A DNA stretch of 64,000 nt from positions 165,962 through 229,961 of the forward strand of contig JAYFRF010000001.1 of the NCBI GenBank assembly GCA_034926225.1, written 5' to 3'. How positions within the stretch are numbered: the stretch's first letter is position 1; the number at the start of each line of letters is the position of its first letter. The notes beneath the pieces were generated by a model. The model was not told the origin of the DNA, did not search any database, and worked only from the letters and a program-made list of their open reading frames with translations. Below are positions 34,062-43,613 of the stretch, piece by piece. This DNA is from Clostridiaceae bacterium. GTDB taxonomy: Bacteria; Bacillota; Clostridia; Oscillospirales; QAMX01. A program made the position numbers and the translations under genes.

Positions 34062-34084
34062 ATCCTGCATGGAGGAGGAAACGA

Positions 34085-36835
34085 ATGAATCAAAAATTAG
34101 CGATTCTCCGGGAGACGGAGCTTTGCGGATACACAGCCGAGCGCGCGCTCGCGGAGTTTGAGTACGCGAATGAATTGGTGAAGCTGTATCCGGACTATGC
34201 CATGCTGTTCGACGAAGCCTGCGACAAGCTTTACGCGACATATCAGACCGACGGTGCGATTACAAAGGCGGCGCTCGCGGCGCTGGAGGATATGCTTGCA
34301 CCGCTCTCCCCCATTGCGAAATCGCTGCGCGTACTGCTTGCCGCCCATGCGCATATCGATATGAACTGGATGTGGGGCTATCAGGAAACCGCCTCCGTCA
34401 CGCTCGATACTTTCCGGACGATGCTCGACTTGATGCGCGAATACCCGGAATTCACCTTTTCACAGTCGCAGGCGTCCGTCTACCGTATCGTCGAACGGTA
34501 TGACCCCGCGATGCTCGACGAAATCCGCGTACGCGTCAAGGAAGGCCGCTGGGAGCTGACCGCGTCGACTTGGGTTGAGACGGATAAGAACATGCCCGAT
34601 GGGGAGAGCCTGTCCAGACATATCCTGCTGACAAAACGGTATCTTGAGAGGCTGTTTGGCATCGATTCGCGCGAGCTGAAGATTGATTTCGAACCGGACA
34701 CCTTCGGCCATAACGCCAACGTACCGGAAATCTGTACCGCGGGCGGCGTATCCTATTACTACCACTGCCGCGGCTACGAAGGGCATTCTATTTACCGCTG
34801 GAAAGCGGTGTCCGGCGCGGAACTGCTGTGCTACCGGGAACCGAAATGGTACAACGCCGATGTTACACCGAAAAGTTTCCTGCATCTGCCGTCCTTCTGC
34901 GCGGAAAACGGCATCGACACCGCACTGTTCGTCTACGGCGTGGGGGATCACGGCGGCGGCCCGACGCGGCGGGATATTGAACGCTTACTCGACATGAGCA
35001 CATGGCCGCTGATGCCGGCGCTCGAATTTGGTACATTCCGCCGGTTCTTCGATAGCTTAAACGAGCGGCGTGAGCGCTTCCCCGTCGTCGAAGGAGAACT
35101 GAATTTCGTCTTTACGGGCTGTTACACAACGCAGTCGCGTATTAAGGCAGCAAACCGCATCGCGGAAGCACGGATGAACGAGGCGGAGGCTCTCCTCGCA
35201 ATGGACAACGCCTTGACGGGGAACGCACACCCGGCATCGATGCTGCGCGACGCATGGGAGAGCCTGCTCTTTAACCACTTCCATGACATCATCCCCGGCT
35301 CGGGTACCGTCGATACGCGTGAGTATGCCTTGGGCCAGTTCCAGAACATTCTTGCGGCGGTCGATACACAGGGTGCGGCCGCTATGCGCAGGATTGCGAA
35401 CGCGGTGGACACGTCACAATGGATGAGTGCCGCCGATCGCACATCGCGTGCGGAGGGTGCCGGCGTCGGTTACGGCGTCGGCTCGCGCGATAGCGCGGGT
35501 GACAGAGGCATGTTCACCTTCCCGCAGGCGGAACGCGGGAATGGGGAAACGCGCCTGTTTACAGTTTTTAACACGACGCCATACGAGCGCGACGAGATGC
35601 TCGAGTTGACCGTCTGGGACTACCCCGCCGACGTGGAGCGACTTGCCGTGACGGATGCGGAAGGCACTCCTCTGCCCTTCGAGCTTATCGGTAAAGTGCG
35701 GGGGTATTGGAATCATGAAGCGCTGAAGGTTTCCGTGCGCGTCAGTATGCCACCGTATGCGTATCAGACGGTCGTCCTGTGTGCGGGAGCGCGGCAGGAG
35801 AAGCAGGCTCGTCCTATAGATCCGCGTGTCGACAGCTATTCGGACGACGATATCGTGCTGGAAAACGAGAATCTGCGTGCCGTTTTCGCGCGGGCTACGA
35901 TGGCGTTGATCTCTTTGACAAACAAGTGTCGCAAAAAGACACTGATCGACCAGCCCTCCTGCCTGTTCCGTGACATCCTCGAAAGCAATGAAAACGGTAT
36001 GACCGCATGGCGCGTCGGGCCGTATGAGCAGGTTGACATCCTAAACGAAAAATATCCGACGCATCTTAAACAGCGGGAAGCGCATGGCTTTACCTATGTC
36101 CTCGGCTACCGGGAAAACCTGCTGACCGTGCGGATTACGCTTGCTCCCGGCGCGTTTGCGCTTCGTTTCGACGTGACGGCGGACTGGTTTGAGCGTGGAT
36201 CCGTGACGCGCGGCATCCCGCAGTTGAATTTTACCGTGCCGCTCGCCGAAGAGCCCTTCGAGTACCTTTACGATATCCCCTACGGCGGTATTACACGCAA
36301 GCCTCTGCGCCACGACGTACCGGCTAGCACCTTTGCGGCGTCCCCCTATGGCGTATTCCTCGCGGCGGATACAAAGTACGGTTTCCGCGGTGCGGACGGC
36401 GCGCTTTCCGTAACGCTGCTGCGTGCGGCGTACGACCCCGATCCCTACCCCGAGCTTGGGCGGCACCACTTCACGCTTTACGTCGGCACAGTCATCGACG
36501 GCGACTATCTGCGTGCGTCGGCGCTGCTAAACCATCCGCTCCATGCGATTTCCGTGCCAGCACATGAGGGGACGCTCGCGGCTCAAGGCTCGCTGCTGAC
36601 CATATCCGGCGCGGCGCGGGTATATGCGATCAAACCTGCCGAGGAGGACGGCATCATCGTGAGACTTGTCGGCGAAGGCAGCGGCACGGCGACGCTGCGC
36701 TTTGCAAAGCCCATCGCAGCGTGTGCCGTGACGGATACCGTGGAATACGGCGATACGCCGATCGCCTTTGAGGGCGACCGCGTTGCCGTGCCGGTGGAGG
36801 CCGGACGGCTCACGACACTGCGGGTGACCTTCTAA
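34085..36835 (+). CDS. Alpha-mannosidase, glycoside hydrolase family 38
   Basis: 916 aa. The HAHIDMNWMW and GVGDHGGGP motifs are typical of GH38. GGAGGAGG SD. Confidence 0.9.
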   Translation: MNQKLAILRETELCGYTAERALAEFEYANELVKLYPDYAMLFDEACDKLYATYQTDGAITKAALAALEDMLAPLSPIAKSLRVLLAAHAHIDMNWMWGYQETASVTLDTFRTMLDLMREYPEFTFSQSQASVYRIVERYDPAMLDEIRVRVKEGRWELTASTWVETDKNMPDGESLSRHILLTKRYLERLFGIDSRELKIDFEPDTFGHNANVPEICTAGGVSYYYHCRGYEGHSIYRWKAVSGAELLCYREPKWYNADVTPKSFLHLPSFCAENGIDTALFVYGVGDHGGGPTRRDIERLLDMSTWPLMPALEFGTFRRFFDSLNERRERFPVVEGELNFVFTGCYTTQSRIKAANRIAEARMNEAEALLAMDNALTGNAHPASMLRDAWESLLFNHFHDIIPGSGTVDTREYALGQFQNILAAVDTQGAAAMRRIANAVDTSQWMSAADRTSRAEGAGVGYGVGSRDSAGDRGMFTFPQAERGNGETRLFTVFNTTPYERDEMLELTVWDYPADVERLAVTDAEGTPLPFELIGKVRGYWNHEALKVSVRVSMPPYAYQTVVLCAGARQEKQARPIDPRVDSYSDDDIVLENENLRAVFARATMALISLTNKCRKKTLIDQPSCLFRDILESNENGMTAWRVGPYEQVDILNEKYPTHLKQREAHGFTYVLGYRENLLTVRITLAPGAFALRFDVTADWFERGSVTRGIPQLNFTVPLAEEPFEYLYDIPYGGITRKPLRHDVPASTFAASPYGVFLAADTKYGFRGADGALSVTLLRAAYDPDPYPELGRHHFTLYVGTVIDGDYLRASALLNHPLHAISVPAHEGTLAAQGSLLTISGAARVYAIKPAEEDGIIVRLVGEGSGTATLRFAKPIAACAVTDTVEYGDTPIAFEGDRVAVPVEAGRLTTLRVTF

Positions 36836-36840
36836 ATGCG

Positions 36841-37734
36841 CTACACGCGTTTTGACACCATACGGCTGTATTCCGTGGGGCTTAAGCCCTCATGGGCGCG
36901 GAAGACGCGGGAGAAGTAGCCTGCGGAGGTATAGCCTAGCTCCTCTGCGATCTCTGCGAAATTCAACGCGCTGTGGGCGATGCGCATTTTGGCGTAAGCC
37001 AGCTTCATCTGCGTAAATTCTTCCCCTACAGACACACCGAATTCCCGCTTGTACAATTTCATCAGCGCCGTCTGACTTAAGCCAAACGTCTCTGCCAGCG
37101 TGTCGATGCGGATGCGCTCGCAGACGCGCTCCTCCAGATACCGCCGTATTGCGCCAGCCGTCTGGGACTGGCCGGTATGGCGGTTGCTTTTTTCCGATTC
37201 ATCCGTCAGCAGATCGATGCCCGCAAGACGGCAATTGACCATGATGAGAAAGCGTTCCAGCGATACGCCGACAAATTCCAGCGCCGCTTCCGGTGTGTCG
37301 GGCTTTAACGCAAAGCCCTGTACCGACGCGCTTGCCCGCAGCGGCTCACAGATACGCAGGCCCGTACGGATCAAATCCAGCAGCGTCGCGCGTTCTTCAC
37401 CGTAGAGCTTCACCGGGCGGGCAGGTAGAGACTGCATGGCCTCCGAGCTGCAGGCGAAGCTGATGATGGCATAGCTGACGGGGACACCCGGCACATACGC
37501 GATACGCGACAGACGGTTCGGGCGGCGGAAAAGCACATCGCCGGCGCAAAACGGATAGGTATCCCCGTCTACGGTATAAGTCCCTTCACCGTTTAATAGG
37601 AAGGTGACTTGCCAGAACCAGTACCTTTCGTCGTAAGCGATTGCCGGCATGACGTTTTCACGATGGTACACCGAGAGCACGGTCGTGACCTGAAAGCTCC
37701 GGCGGATATAAATGGGGTTGATCTCTTTGGGCAT
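36841..37734 (-). CDS. AraC family transcriptional regulator
   Basis: N-terminal cupin-like sensor plus a C-terminal double HTH (..IAEELGYTSAGYFSRVFRAHEGLSPTEYS). It is divergent from the oxidoreductase gene at 37914. Confidence 0.9.
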   Translation of the reverse strand: MPKEINPIYIRRSFQVTTVLSVYHRENVMPAIAYDERYWFWQVTFLLNGEGTYTVDGDTYPFCAGDVLFRRPNRLSRIAYVPGVPVSYAIISFACSSEAMQSLPARPVKLYGEERATLLDLIRTGLRICEPLRASASVQGFALKPDTPEAALEFVGVSLERFLIMVNCRLAGIDLLTDESEKSNRHTGQSQTAGAIRRYLEERVCERIRIDTLAETFGLSQTALMKLYKREFGVSVGEEFTQMKLAYAKMRIAHSALNFAEIAEELGYTSAGYFSRVFRAHEGLSPTEYSRMVSKRV

Positions 37735-37913
37735 GGCGCTTCCCCTTCTTTTAGCGTATAGCAGGATTATACCACTAATGTGCAGGATTGTGCATGGACA
37801 AATGCTGAATATTTAGTATACTTTAGCTGTAAGTTTTCTAGCATTGTCGACAACATAACCTGCGCTTACGGGTCAGCAAACCCTAAAAATGAATCCATCA
37901 GGAGGAGTATACT

Positions 37914-38984
37914 ATGGATAAGATTCGTCTCGGTATCATCGGCTGCGGTGGTATGGGAGCGTCGCACTTAGCGGGCATGTCCGAGCTTGGCGACCTTGCA
38001 GACATCACCTCGGCCTGTGACATTGACCCCGACCATGCCGCGAATGCGGCGAAGATACTCGAGGATGTGACAGGACACGCGATCTTCACCTGCACCGACT
38101 ATAAAGACATGCTCGACTATGTGGACGCGGTGGTCGTCGTGCTGCCGCACCATCTGCATTATGAAGTAGGTATGTTTTTCGCGCGCCGCGGGAAGCACAT
38201 TCTGATGGAAAAGCCGATGTGCAACACGGAAGCCGAGTGCGAGAACCTGATCGAGGCATGCGAGGAAAACGGTGTTACACTGATGACGGCGTATCCCGTT
38301 CGGTACTGGCCGGAAACCATTAAGCTCAAGGAGCTGGTCGATTCGGGTGAGTACGGCGAGCTGTTCAACATGTCCATCTGGACGGAGCAATACACCAATT
38401 ACACCGGAACGAAGACATGGCCGATGACGGCAAAGCGTCTCGGCGGCGGTCAGTTCTTCAGCCATGGCTGCCATTACGTCGATATCCTGCTGTGGTTTTT
38501 GGGCAACCCCACCGAGGGTACGCACATCGGTACAAACTACGGTACCCCGTGGATGGAGCGCGAGGGAACGTCAAACGCGATCATGAAGTTTGAGAATGGC
38601 GCGATGGGCTACCATTTTGGCACCTGGGGAGCGCGCGGCACGGAGCATGGCTACTGCTTCCAGCTTCATATGACAAAAGGACTGATCGACTACCACCGCG
38701 CGTCGGGTAAGATCGTCTTTTACGAAAATTGCAATCCGGATCTGCCCGCCGACATGCCGGCGGAGGATAAGATTCATGTCCTTTGGGAGGATCCCGACCG
38801 TACGAAGAAGACGCAGTACGAGACGAGGCACTTCCTCGAGTGTATCCTCGACGGGAAGCGTCCCGACACCGACGGGTATTCGAGCCTGCAAGGTTTGCGG
38901 TGCATTTGGCGTATGTATAACGCCGAGCAAAAGGGTGTCATGGCTGACCTGCATGGGTTGGGTATTGATCAGGGCCGCAAATAA
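37914..38984 (+). CDS. Gfo/Idh/MocA family oxidoreductase
   Basis: The N-terminus LGIIGCGGMGASH is a Rossmann motif, followed by an EKP motif (ILMEKPM). Confidence 0.85.
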   Translation: MDKIRLGIIGCGGMGASHLAGMSELGDLADITSACDIDPDHAANAAKILEDVTGHAIFTCTDYKDMLDYVDAVVVVLPHHLHYEVGMFFARRGKHILMEKPMCNTEAECENLIEACEENGVTLMTAYPVRYWPETIKLKELVDSGEYGELFNMSIWTEQYTNYTGTKTWPMTAKRLGGGQFFSHGCHYVDILLWFLGNPTEGTHIGTNYGTPWMEREGTSNAIMKFENGAMGYHFGTWGARGTEHGYCFQLHMTKGLIDYHRASGKIVFYENCNPDLPADMPAEDKIHVLWEDPDRTKKTQYETRHFLECILDGKRPDTDGYSSLQGLRCIWRMYNAEQKGVMADLHGLGIDQGRK

Positions 38985-38990
38985 GTAAAT

Positions 38991-39033
38991 AATGCCCTCA
39001 AACGAAGGTGTCTTGCCATCGTTTGAGGGCATT
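38991..39033. terminator. Bidirectional terminator
   Basis: 15-bp perfect stem AATGCCCTCAAACGA / TCGTTTGAGGGCATT between convergent genes. Confidence 0.75.
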
Positions 39034-39045
39034 ATATTATGTATA

Positions 39046-39567
39046 TTAGGCTTTTTGCGCGGGGAAGCAAAGGTCTAGAATGACGCAGCCTTTTTCGTCC
39101 GGCGTTGTAAAGCGCGGGCAGACGTAGCGCTCCACACACCAAAGGGCGCCGTCCGGTTCGAGTGCAACGGGAATTCCGGCGGCGGTGAGGGCGTTGATCG
39201 CGATGTCCTCATGGCAGTAAAGCTCATTTTCCTTGCCGTAAATCCATGCGACGGCTAGGTCTCCAGTTGGGAAATCGACACAGGTAAAGCCGTCCGGCAC
39301 CGGGGACCCGGCGGCGGTGAACATGCCGATCCAGTAACGGAAAGGCGCGCCTTCGAGGTACCACATCAAGCCCAGATACGCGTCGGTGTCGTCATAGCCG
39401 GGGACTTTGCCAATGGCGCGTTCGAGCTTGTCGAAGGTGCCGTGCGCGAACCATTCGCCCCATTTTGCGCCAAAGGTGCCGTTTTGCCGATCGGCATCGC
39501 CATATTCGATACCGATGAAGCGGAGTGCGGGGACGGGCTGCCGGTAAGTTTTGATGATTTCTGGCAT
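39046..39567 (-). CDS. GyrI-like / AraC-effector-binding-domain (Cass2-type) small-molecule-binding protein
   Basis: GAGAGGAG SD 8 nt before the ATG at 39567. The pattern (IKTYRQPVPALRFIG..YWIGMF..) is typical of GyrI-like domains. Confidence 0.55.
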   Translation of the reverse strand: MPEIIKTYRQPVPALRFIGIEYGDADRQNGTFGAKWGEWFAHGTFDKLERAIGKVPGYDDTDAYLGLMWYLEGAPFRYWIGMFTAAGSPVPDGFTCVDFPTGDLAVAWIYGKENELYCHEDIAINALTAAGIPVALEPDGALWCVERYVCPRFTTPDEKGCVILDLCFPAQKA

Positions 39568-39732
39568 AGCGGGCGCTCCTCTCAAATATGAATAAGTAAA
39601 TAAAAGCGGTAATAATACAATTTTATAATTAGTTCCGCCATATGCATGCCGGTTGTTTTTGGTTTTTTATAATTTTAAATACAAATTGCTTCATAAACCA
39701 ATAGATGGGATTTTTATGGTATAGTATTATGC

Positions 39733-40086
39733 TTATTTTATAGGCTTAAGATTGTTTTTATCGATCCATGCTTCTTTGAAATCAGATTTTCTTTTACACC
39801 AATACCAACCGTTAAGTTCATAAACTGTTTCAACCGTATCACCATGTAAAACGGACATTTCTTCAGATGTATATGTTTGTTGAACAATAGCAGTACCATC
39901 ACCATTTGCTGTTAATATACCAGCTGCTACCCAACCCGTTTTGCCTGTCCTAACAGAGGTACACTTTATCCAATCGGGATATTGACTATAGGGGTCAGTT
40001 TTTTCTCCTAACTGTACTGTATCCCCTATTTGTAATTCAATAATATGCCCATTATACTTATAGTCGTTTATTACTTCCATTAACAT
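39733..40086 (-). CDS. Hypothetical protein with two SH3-like repeats
   Basis: 117 aa in an AT-rich islet. It has two similar segments, GDTVQLGEK..WIKC..GKTGWVAAGIL and GDTVETVYELNGWYWC..EAWIDKNNL. Confidence 0.45.
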   Translation of the reverse strand: MLMEVINDYKYNGHIIELQIGDTVQLGEKTDPYSQYPDWIKCTSVRTGKTGWVAAGILTANGDGTAIVQQTYTSEEMSVLHGDTVETVYELNGWYWCKRKSDFKEAWIDKNNLKPIK

Positions 40087-40156
40087 TTGCTTTTACCTTT
40101 ATCGTATAAATTATCATAAGAACCTTTTGCTTGGGGAGAACTATATTCCTTATTTA

Positions 40157-40185
40157 ATCTTACACTGTCGTAAGGCCTTTGTCAA
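40157..40185 (-). promoter_or_regulatory. Candidate promoter of the SH3-like gene
   Basis: Minus strand: TTGACA, 17-nt spacer, TAAGAT. Confidence 0.45.
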
Positions 40186-40348
40186 GTAGAACGAATGAAT
40201 TTACCACAGAAATGAATCTTTTCACGATACTTCACACCTTTTCACGAAAGGTAAGCAAGCGTTATAGGACGATTGCATCTTTCCATGATGCGGTTCTATA
40301 AAAAGCAGAAAAGCCGCCTCGAAAGGCAGCTTTATTTTCCCATAAATA

Positions 40349-40379
40349 CAAAAAAGCCAAGTATTACTTGGCTTTTTTG
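40349..40379. terminator. Bidirectional terminator closing the tRNA operon
   Basis: AGCCAAGT / ACTTGGCT stem flanked by an A6 run and a T6 run. Confidence 0.75.
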
Positions 40380-40412
40380 TTGACATTGTATCAATATCAA
40401 CGTCTGTCTTTT

Positions 40413-40488
40413 TGGAGCGGGTTACGAGATTCGAACTCGCTACCTCCACCTTGGCAAGGTGGCGCTCTACCAAATGAGCTAAACCCGC
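40413..40488 (-). tRNA. tRNA-Gly (GCC), copy 2
   Basis: Hand-folded cloverleaf with 7-bp acceptor stem, anticodon loop TTGCCAA, T-loop TTCGAAT and encoded CCA. Identical to the copy at 40587. Confidence 0.9.
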
Positions 40489-40586
40489 AGATAATTGCAA
40501 AAAATAATGTACCAAAAAAATATCGCGGAGAGACACCGTATGTGTTCTACCGATCAACAAGGGAACAACCTTAACGAAAGGAAAAG

Positions 40587-40662
40587 TGGAGCGGGTTACG
40601 AGATTCGAACTCGCTACCTCCACCTTGGCAAGGTGGCGCTCTACCAAATGAGCTAAACCCGC
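40587..40662 (-). tRNA. tRNA-Gly (GCC), copy 1
   Basis: 76 nt, identical to 40413..40488. Confidence 0.9.
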
Positions 40663-40666
40663 AAAT

Positions 40667-40742
40667 TGGTGCCTCCGGGCGGAATTGAACCACCGACACG
40701 GGGATTTTCAGTCCCCTGCTCTACCAACTGAGCTACAGAGGC
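40667..40742 (-). tRNA. tRNA-Phe (GAA)
   Basis: Cloverleaf folded by hand, with anticodon loop CTGAAAA and encoded CCA. Confidence 0.9.
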
Positions 40743-40764
40743 AAATAAAATAAAAAGGGGAGAA

Positions 40765-40841
40765 TGGCGACCCGAATGGGGCTCGAACCCATGACCTCTA
40801 GCGTGACAGGCTAGCGTTCTAACCAGCTGAACTACCGGGCC
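40765..40841 (-). tRNA. tRNA-Asp (GUC)
   Basis: Cloverleaf folded by hand, with anticodon loop CTGTCAC and encoded CCA. Confidence 0.9.
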
Positions 40842-40888
40842 GCATATTGCGTTGCAGTTTGAGGCGCGGTATCCACCTCAAAAAACAT

Positions 40889-40964
40889 TGGTGGAAACAA
40901 CAGGGCTCGAACCTGTGACCCCATGCTTGTAAGGCATGTGCTCTTCCAGCTGAGCTATGCTTCC
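40889..40964 (-). tRNA. tRNA-Val (UAC)
   Basis: Cloverleaf folded by hand, with anticodon loop CTTACAA and encoded CCA. Confidence 0.9.
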
Positions 40965-41150
40965 ATGCCGTATTTCCGGTCATCAGCTTCGCTCTCTCGC
41001 AACCGACGAATGTCATTATACACGATGGGAGGCAATTTGTCAAGAGTTATTTTCGAAAAATTTCGTTATTTTTCCTCCAACCGAGATTTAGTCGAAAATC
41101 AAGAAAAACCGTCGGAAAAGCTTGGATACACTTCCCCGACGGTTTTTATT

Positions 41151-43259
41151 TTAAAGCAACGGCAGCAGTTCCTCGTCGATGGCGCGGCGTGTGACGGCGA
41201 TTTTCCATCGGATTTGTTCCGGTGCCGCGCAGTAGTCCAGCTCCTGATTATAACCTAAGCGGGAGTCCTCCTCCACGAGTGGGAGCGTCGCCTCGGCATT
41301 GGCAATTTCACGCTGTGCGATCTCGATCAACTCGAGTATGATCGGGCGCGGATCCTCCGCCGCCAAAAGCGGCTTCTTTGCACTTGCGGCATCGGGCATG
41401 TTTTTACGTCCGCCGCACCAGATCGGCAATGTATCGACGTAAACGCCGAGCTGCCCTTTGAGAAGATGCCAACGCTTGACATGCGTGATCGTGCGGGCAG
41501 TGTTCGCGATGAACCGCGCAACTCCGAGAAGACGTTGGGCCTCCTCTGCCTTAGGTCCGGTCATGCGGGAGATAACGATGGAGAGCTGCTCGCAGCCTGC
41601 ATCGAACAAACGAGCCATCGTTTCATATTCATCGGCCTCATAGGATAACTTGTCGGAGAGATCAAGATTATACCGATATACGGGGTTTGACTCGGAATTC
41701 GGATTCGCTTTCGATTTTGGCCCGATGGGAATCGGCTCCCAACGCTTGAAAAACAGCGGATACGACGGACCGATGCGCGCCGGGCCGTATTGATCTTCGT
41801 TAGTGGAAACACAGTGCTCCATGCCGTCGGAGAACAGCGAGAACGCGCGCAGGACATCGTCGGCATTTTCCTCGCCAAAGTCGCGGATGACGATGCGACG
41901 CAGAAGCGCATCCAGATCGGGCATGGGGGTCATGTACGCGTACTTTGCAAGAGAGGGCAGGATGGACGGCCAGAAACCGTAGGAGTGGGACTCCTCCACC
42001 CCGTCGAGCCGCAGGGTATCCTGTGCCTCGGCAACCGCTTTCCATCGTTTGATCCACCGCTGCGGCGCCGGCAGATACGGTACCACACCGATATCCCAGG
42101 TGTTGCCGCCGGTGTTCGTCATCGAGTACATACGGATACCCCGTTTACGGGCGATGGCGGATTCCGTCTTGAAGTATTCGCCGGGTCCGATGAACCAAAG
42201 GGTATAATCGGTACAGGTTTCACGGATGCCGGGAGCGATATCGAAGTTTTCGAACATTTCAAAGGTCGCCATCATCGTAATATCGGTCGGCACGGTACGC
42301 AGGAGCTCCTCCCGCAGCTCACGCTTTTCATAACCCCAGTTATAAGTCCAAAAAATAACATCGGCATCCGGCTTATGCGCACGGATAACGTCACGCAGCA
42401 GCGACACGAATTGCGGATAGTCCTCGCATGGAAACCAGCCGGGACTGGGTTTTTCATCATGGATGGATTCACGCCATGTCTTTCCGGTGGTACGGGCGTC
42501 ATGCGACGGGAACTCGCAGCACTCGCCGACGATCATCAAACCCTTCAAGCCGGGACAGACGTCAAACAACTTCCCGTACATCCCGTCGTAGTACTCATAC
42601 GCACCGGGATCGTCCGGGTGATGTTCATTATGAAACGGTGAGAAGGTATACACATCGATGCCGTATTGTGCCGCGCGGGCGATTAGATCATTAACATGTT
42701 CCCGCACCGCCGGGTCGGAAATCGCGTTTCGTGTACCGATTTTTACTCCGTCGATACCGGCATGTGCCAGCATCCGGAGGTGTTCATCGGGATAATTACC
42801 GCTCTCCATGCCGGAATGGATGATACGAGGTGAAAAACGGGCGCAGAGCGTTTTTTCGCACGGGGCTATGATAGGAGCCTCATTTAGATTCAACTCATCC
42901 TCGAGCGCGTAACAGCCCTGTGAGGCGGCGCGCTCATCGGCACCCGTAATTTCGATGCCCTCCCCTACCCTGATTCGGAAAGTGCGGGGCGGCAAGGAAG
43001 GATCGACGGCGACAGTGATCACCTGCCGCCCCGCACAAGCGGATAAATCAAGCGCCAGCGGCAGATCCATAGAGACCGCGAAGTACTCGGCCAAATCCGC
43101 AGCGGCATTGCGCAGCACTTCCTTTGAGTCCCAGGGTATTCCTATTTTCCATTCCGCGGTGATCACAGTGCCGGATAGTTTTTTGACGGCATCTGGATTG
43201 ACGCGATGGGGCTTGTGCACCTGGAGAAGCTTATTTTTAAATTCAAACGGTGTTTCCAT
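41151..43259 (-). CDS. Large uncharacterised protein, probable glycoside-hydrolase-like enzyme
   Basis: About 702 aa from the ATG at 43259 (GGAGGTG SD). The N-terminal region resembles the small alpha/beta domain that precedes catalytic barrels in GH20/GH67-type enzymes, and the central region looks like a TIM barrel. Family not recognised. Confidence 0.55.
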   Translation of the reverse strand: METPFEFKNKLLQVHKPHRVNPDAVKKLSGTVITAEWKIGIPWDSKEVLRNAAADLAEYFAVSMDLPLALDLSACAGRQVITVAVDPSLPPRTFRIRVGEGIEITGADERAASQGCYALEDELNLNEAPIIAPCEKTLCARFSPRIIHSGMESGNYPDEHLRMLAHAGIDGVKIGTRNAISDPAVREHVNDLIARAAQYGIDVYTFSPFHNEHHPDDPGAYEYYDGMYGKLFDVCPGLKGLMIVGECCEFPSHDARTTGKTWRESIHDEKPSPGWFPCEDYPQFVSLLRDVIRAHKPDADVIFWTYNWGYEKRELREELLRTVPTDITMMATFEMFENFDIAPGIRETCTDYTLWFIGPGEYFKTESAIARKRGIRMYSMTNTGGNTWDIGVVPYLPAPQRWIKRWKAVAEAQDTLRLDGVEESHSYGFWPSILPSLAKYAYMTPMPDLDALLRRIVIRDFGEENADDVLRAFSLFSDGMEHCVSTNEDQYGPARIGPSYPLFFKRWEPIPIGPKSKANPNSESNPVYRYNLDLSDKLSYEADEYETMARLFDAGCEQLSIVISRMTGPKAEEAQRLLGVARFIANTARTITHVKRWHLLKGQLGVYVDTLPIWCGGRKNMPDAASAKKPLLAAEDPRPIILELIEIAQREIANAEATLPLVEEDSRLGYNQELDYCAAPEQIRWKIAVTRRAIDEELLPLL

Positions 43260-43374
43260 AAAAGGAATGCACCTCCTGTCAAGGGGTATTTTAACAAGGT
43301 TTTTCGAAAATTGCAAGCACTTTTGTATAAATGAGAAGACTTTCTGCTTTTGCTGAAAATGTCGATTTTCCCCC

Positions 43375-43403
43375 TTGACAAAACAATGAAGATGCGTTAT
43401 AAT
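43375..43403 (+). promoter_or_regulatory. Consensus sigma-A promoter of tRNA-Pro
   Basis: TTGACA, 17-nt spacer, TATAAT, about 40 nt upstream of the tRNA. Confidence 0.65.
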
Positions 43404-43443
43404 ACATGACTGTCGGCAGTTGAAAGTTTCCGATCATAAATAA

Positions 43444-43520
43444 CGGGGTGTAGCTCAGTTTGGTAGAGCGCTTGGTTCGGGACCAAGAGGCCGGAGGTTC
43501 AAGTCCTCTCACTCCGACCA
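43444..43520 (+). tRNA. tRNA-Pro (CGG)
   Basis: Cloverleaf folded by hand, with anticodon loop TTCGGGA and encoded CCA. Confidence 0.9.
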
Positions 43521-43523
43521 TAA

Positions 43524-43575
43524 CTGGACACCAATTTTGATACAGTGGGTATCACGATTGGTGTCCAGTTTATTT
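43524..43575 (+). terminator. Terminator of tRNA-Pro
   Basis: 12-bp stem CTGGACACCAAT / ATTGGTGTCCAG followed by TTTATTTAT. Confidence 0.7.
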
Positions 43576-43613
43576 ATACTCAGATATATTGATTTACTTG
43601 TAGGAAGTATGGT

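Noticed and set aside
40233-40252. A 20-nt near-identical hairpin motif, CACACCTTTTCACGAAAGGT, also found at 44321-44340 (CACACCTTTTAACGAAAAGT). Both copies lie in AT-rich islets near tRNA genes.
   Set aside because: There are only two short copies in AT-rich DNA, with different local contexts and strands relative to their genes. That is insufficient to call them a repeat family or an att site.
40222-40647. A 141-aa ORF on the minus strand spanning the tRNA-Gly genes
   Set aside because: It is made of tRNA sequence translated in frame (the LAKVEVASSNLV segment is repeated). It is an artefact of the tRNA duplication.
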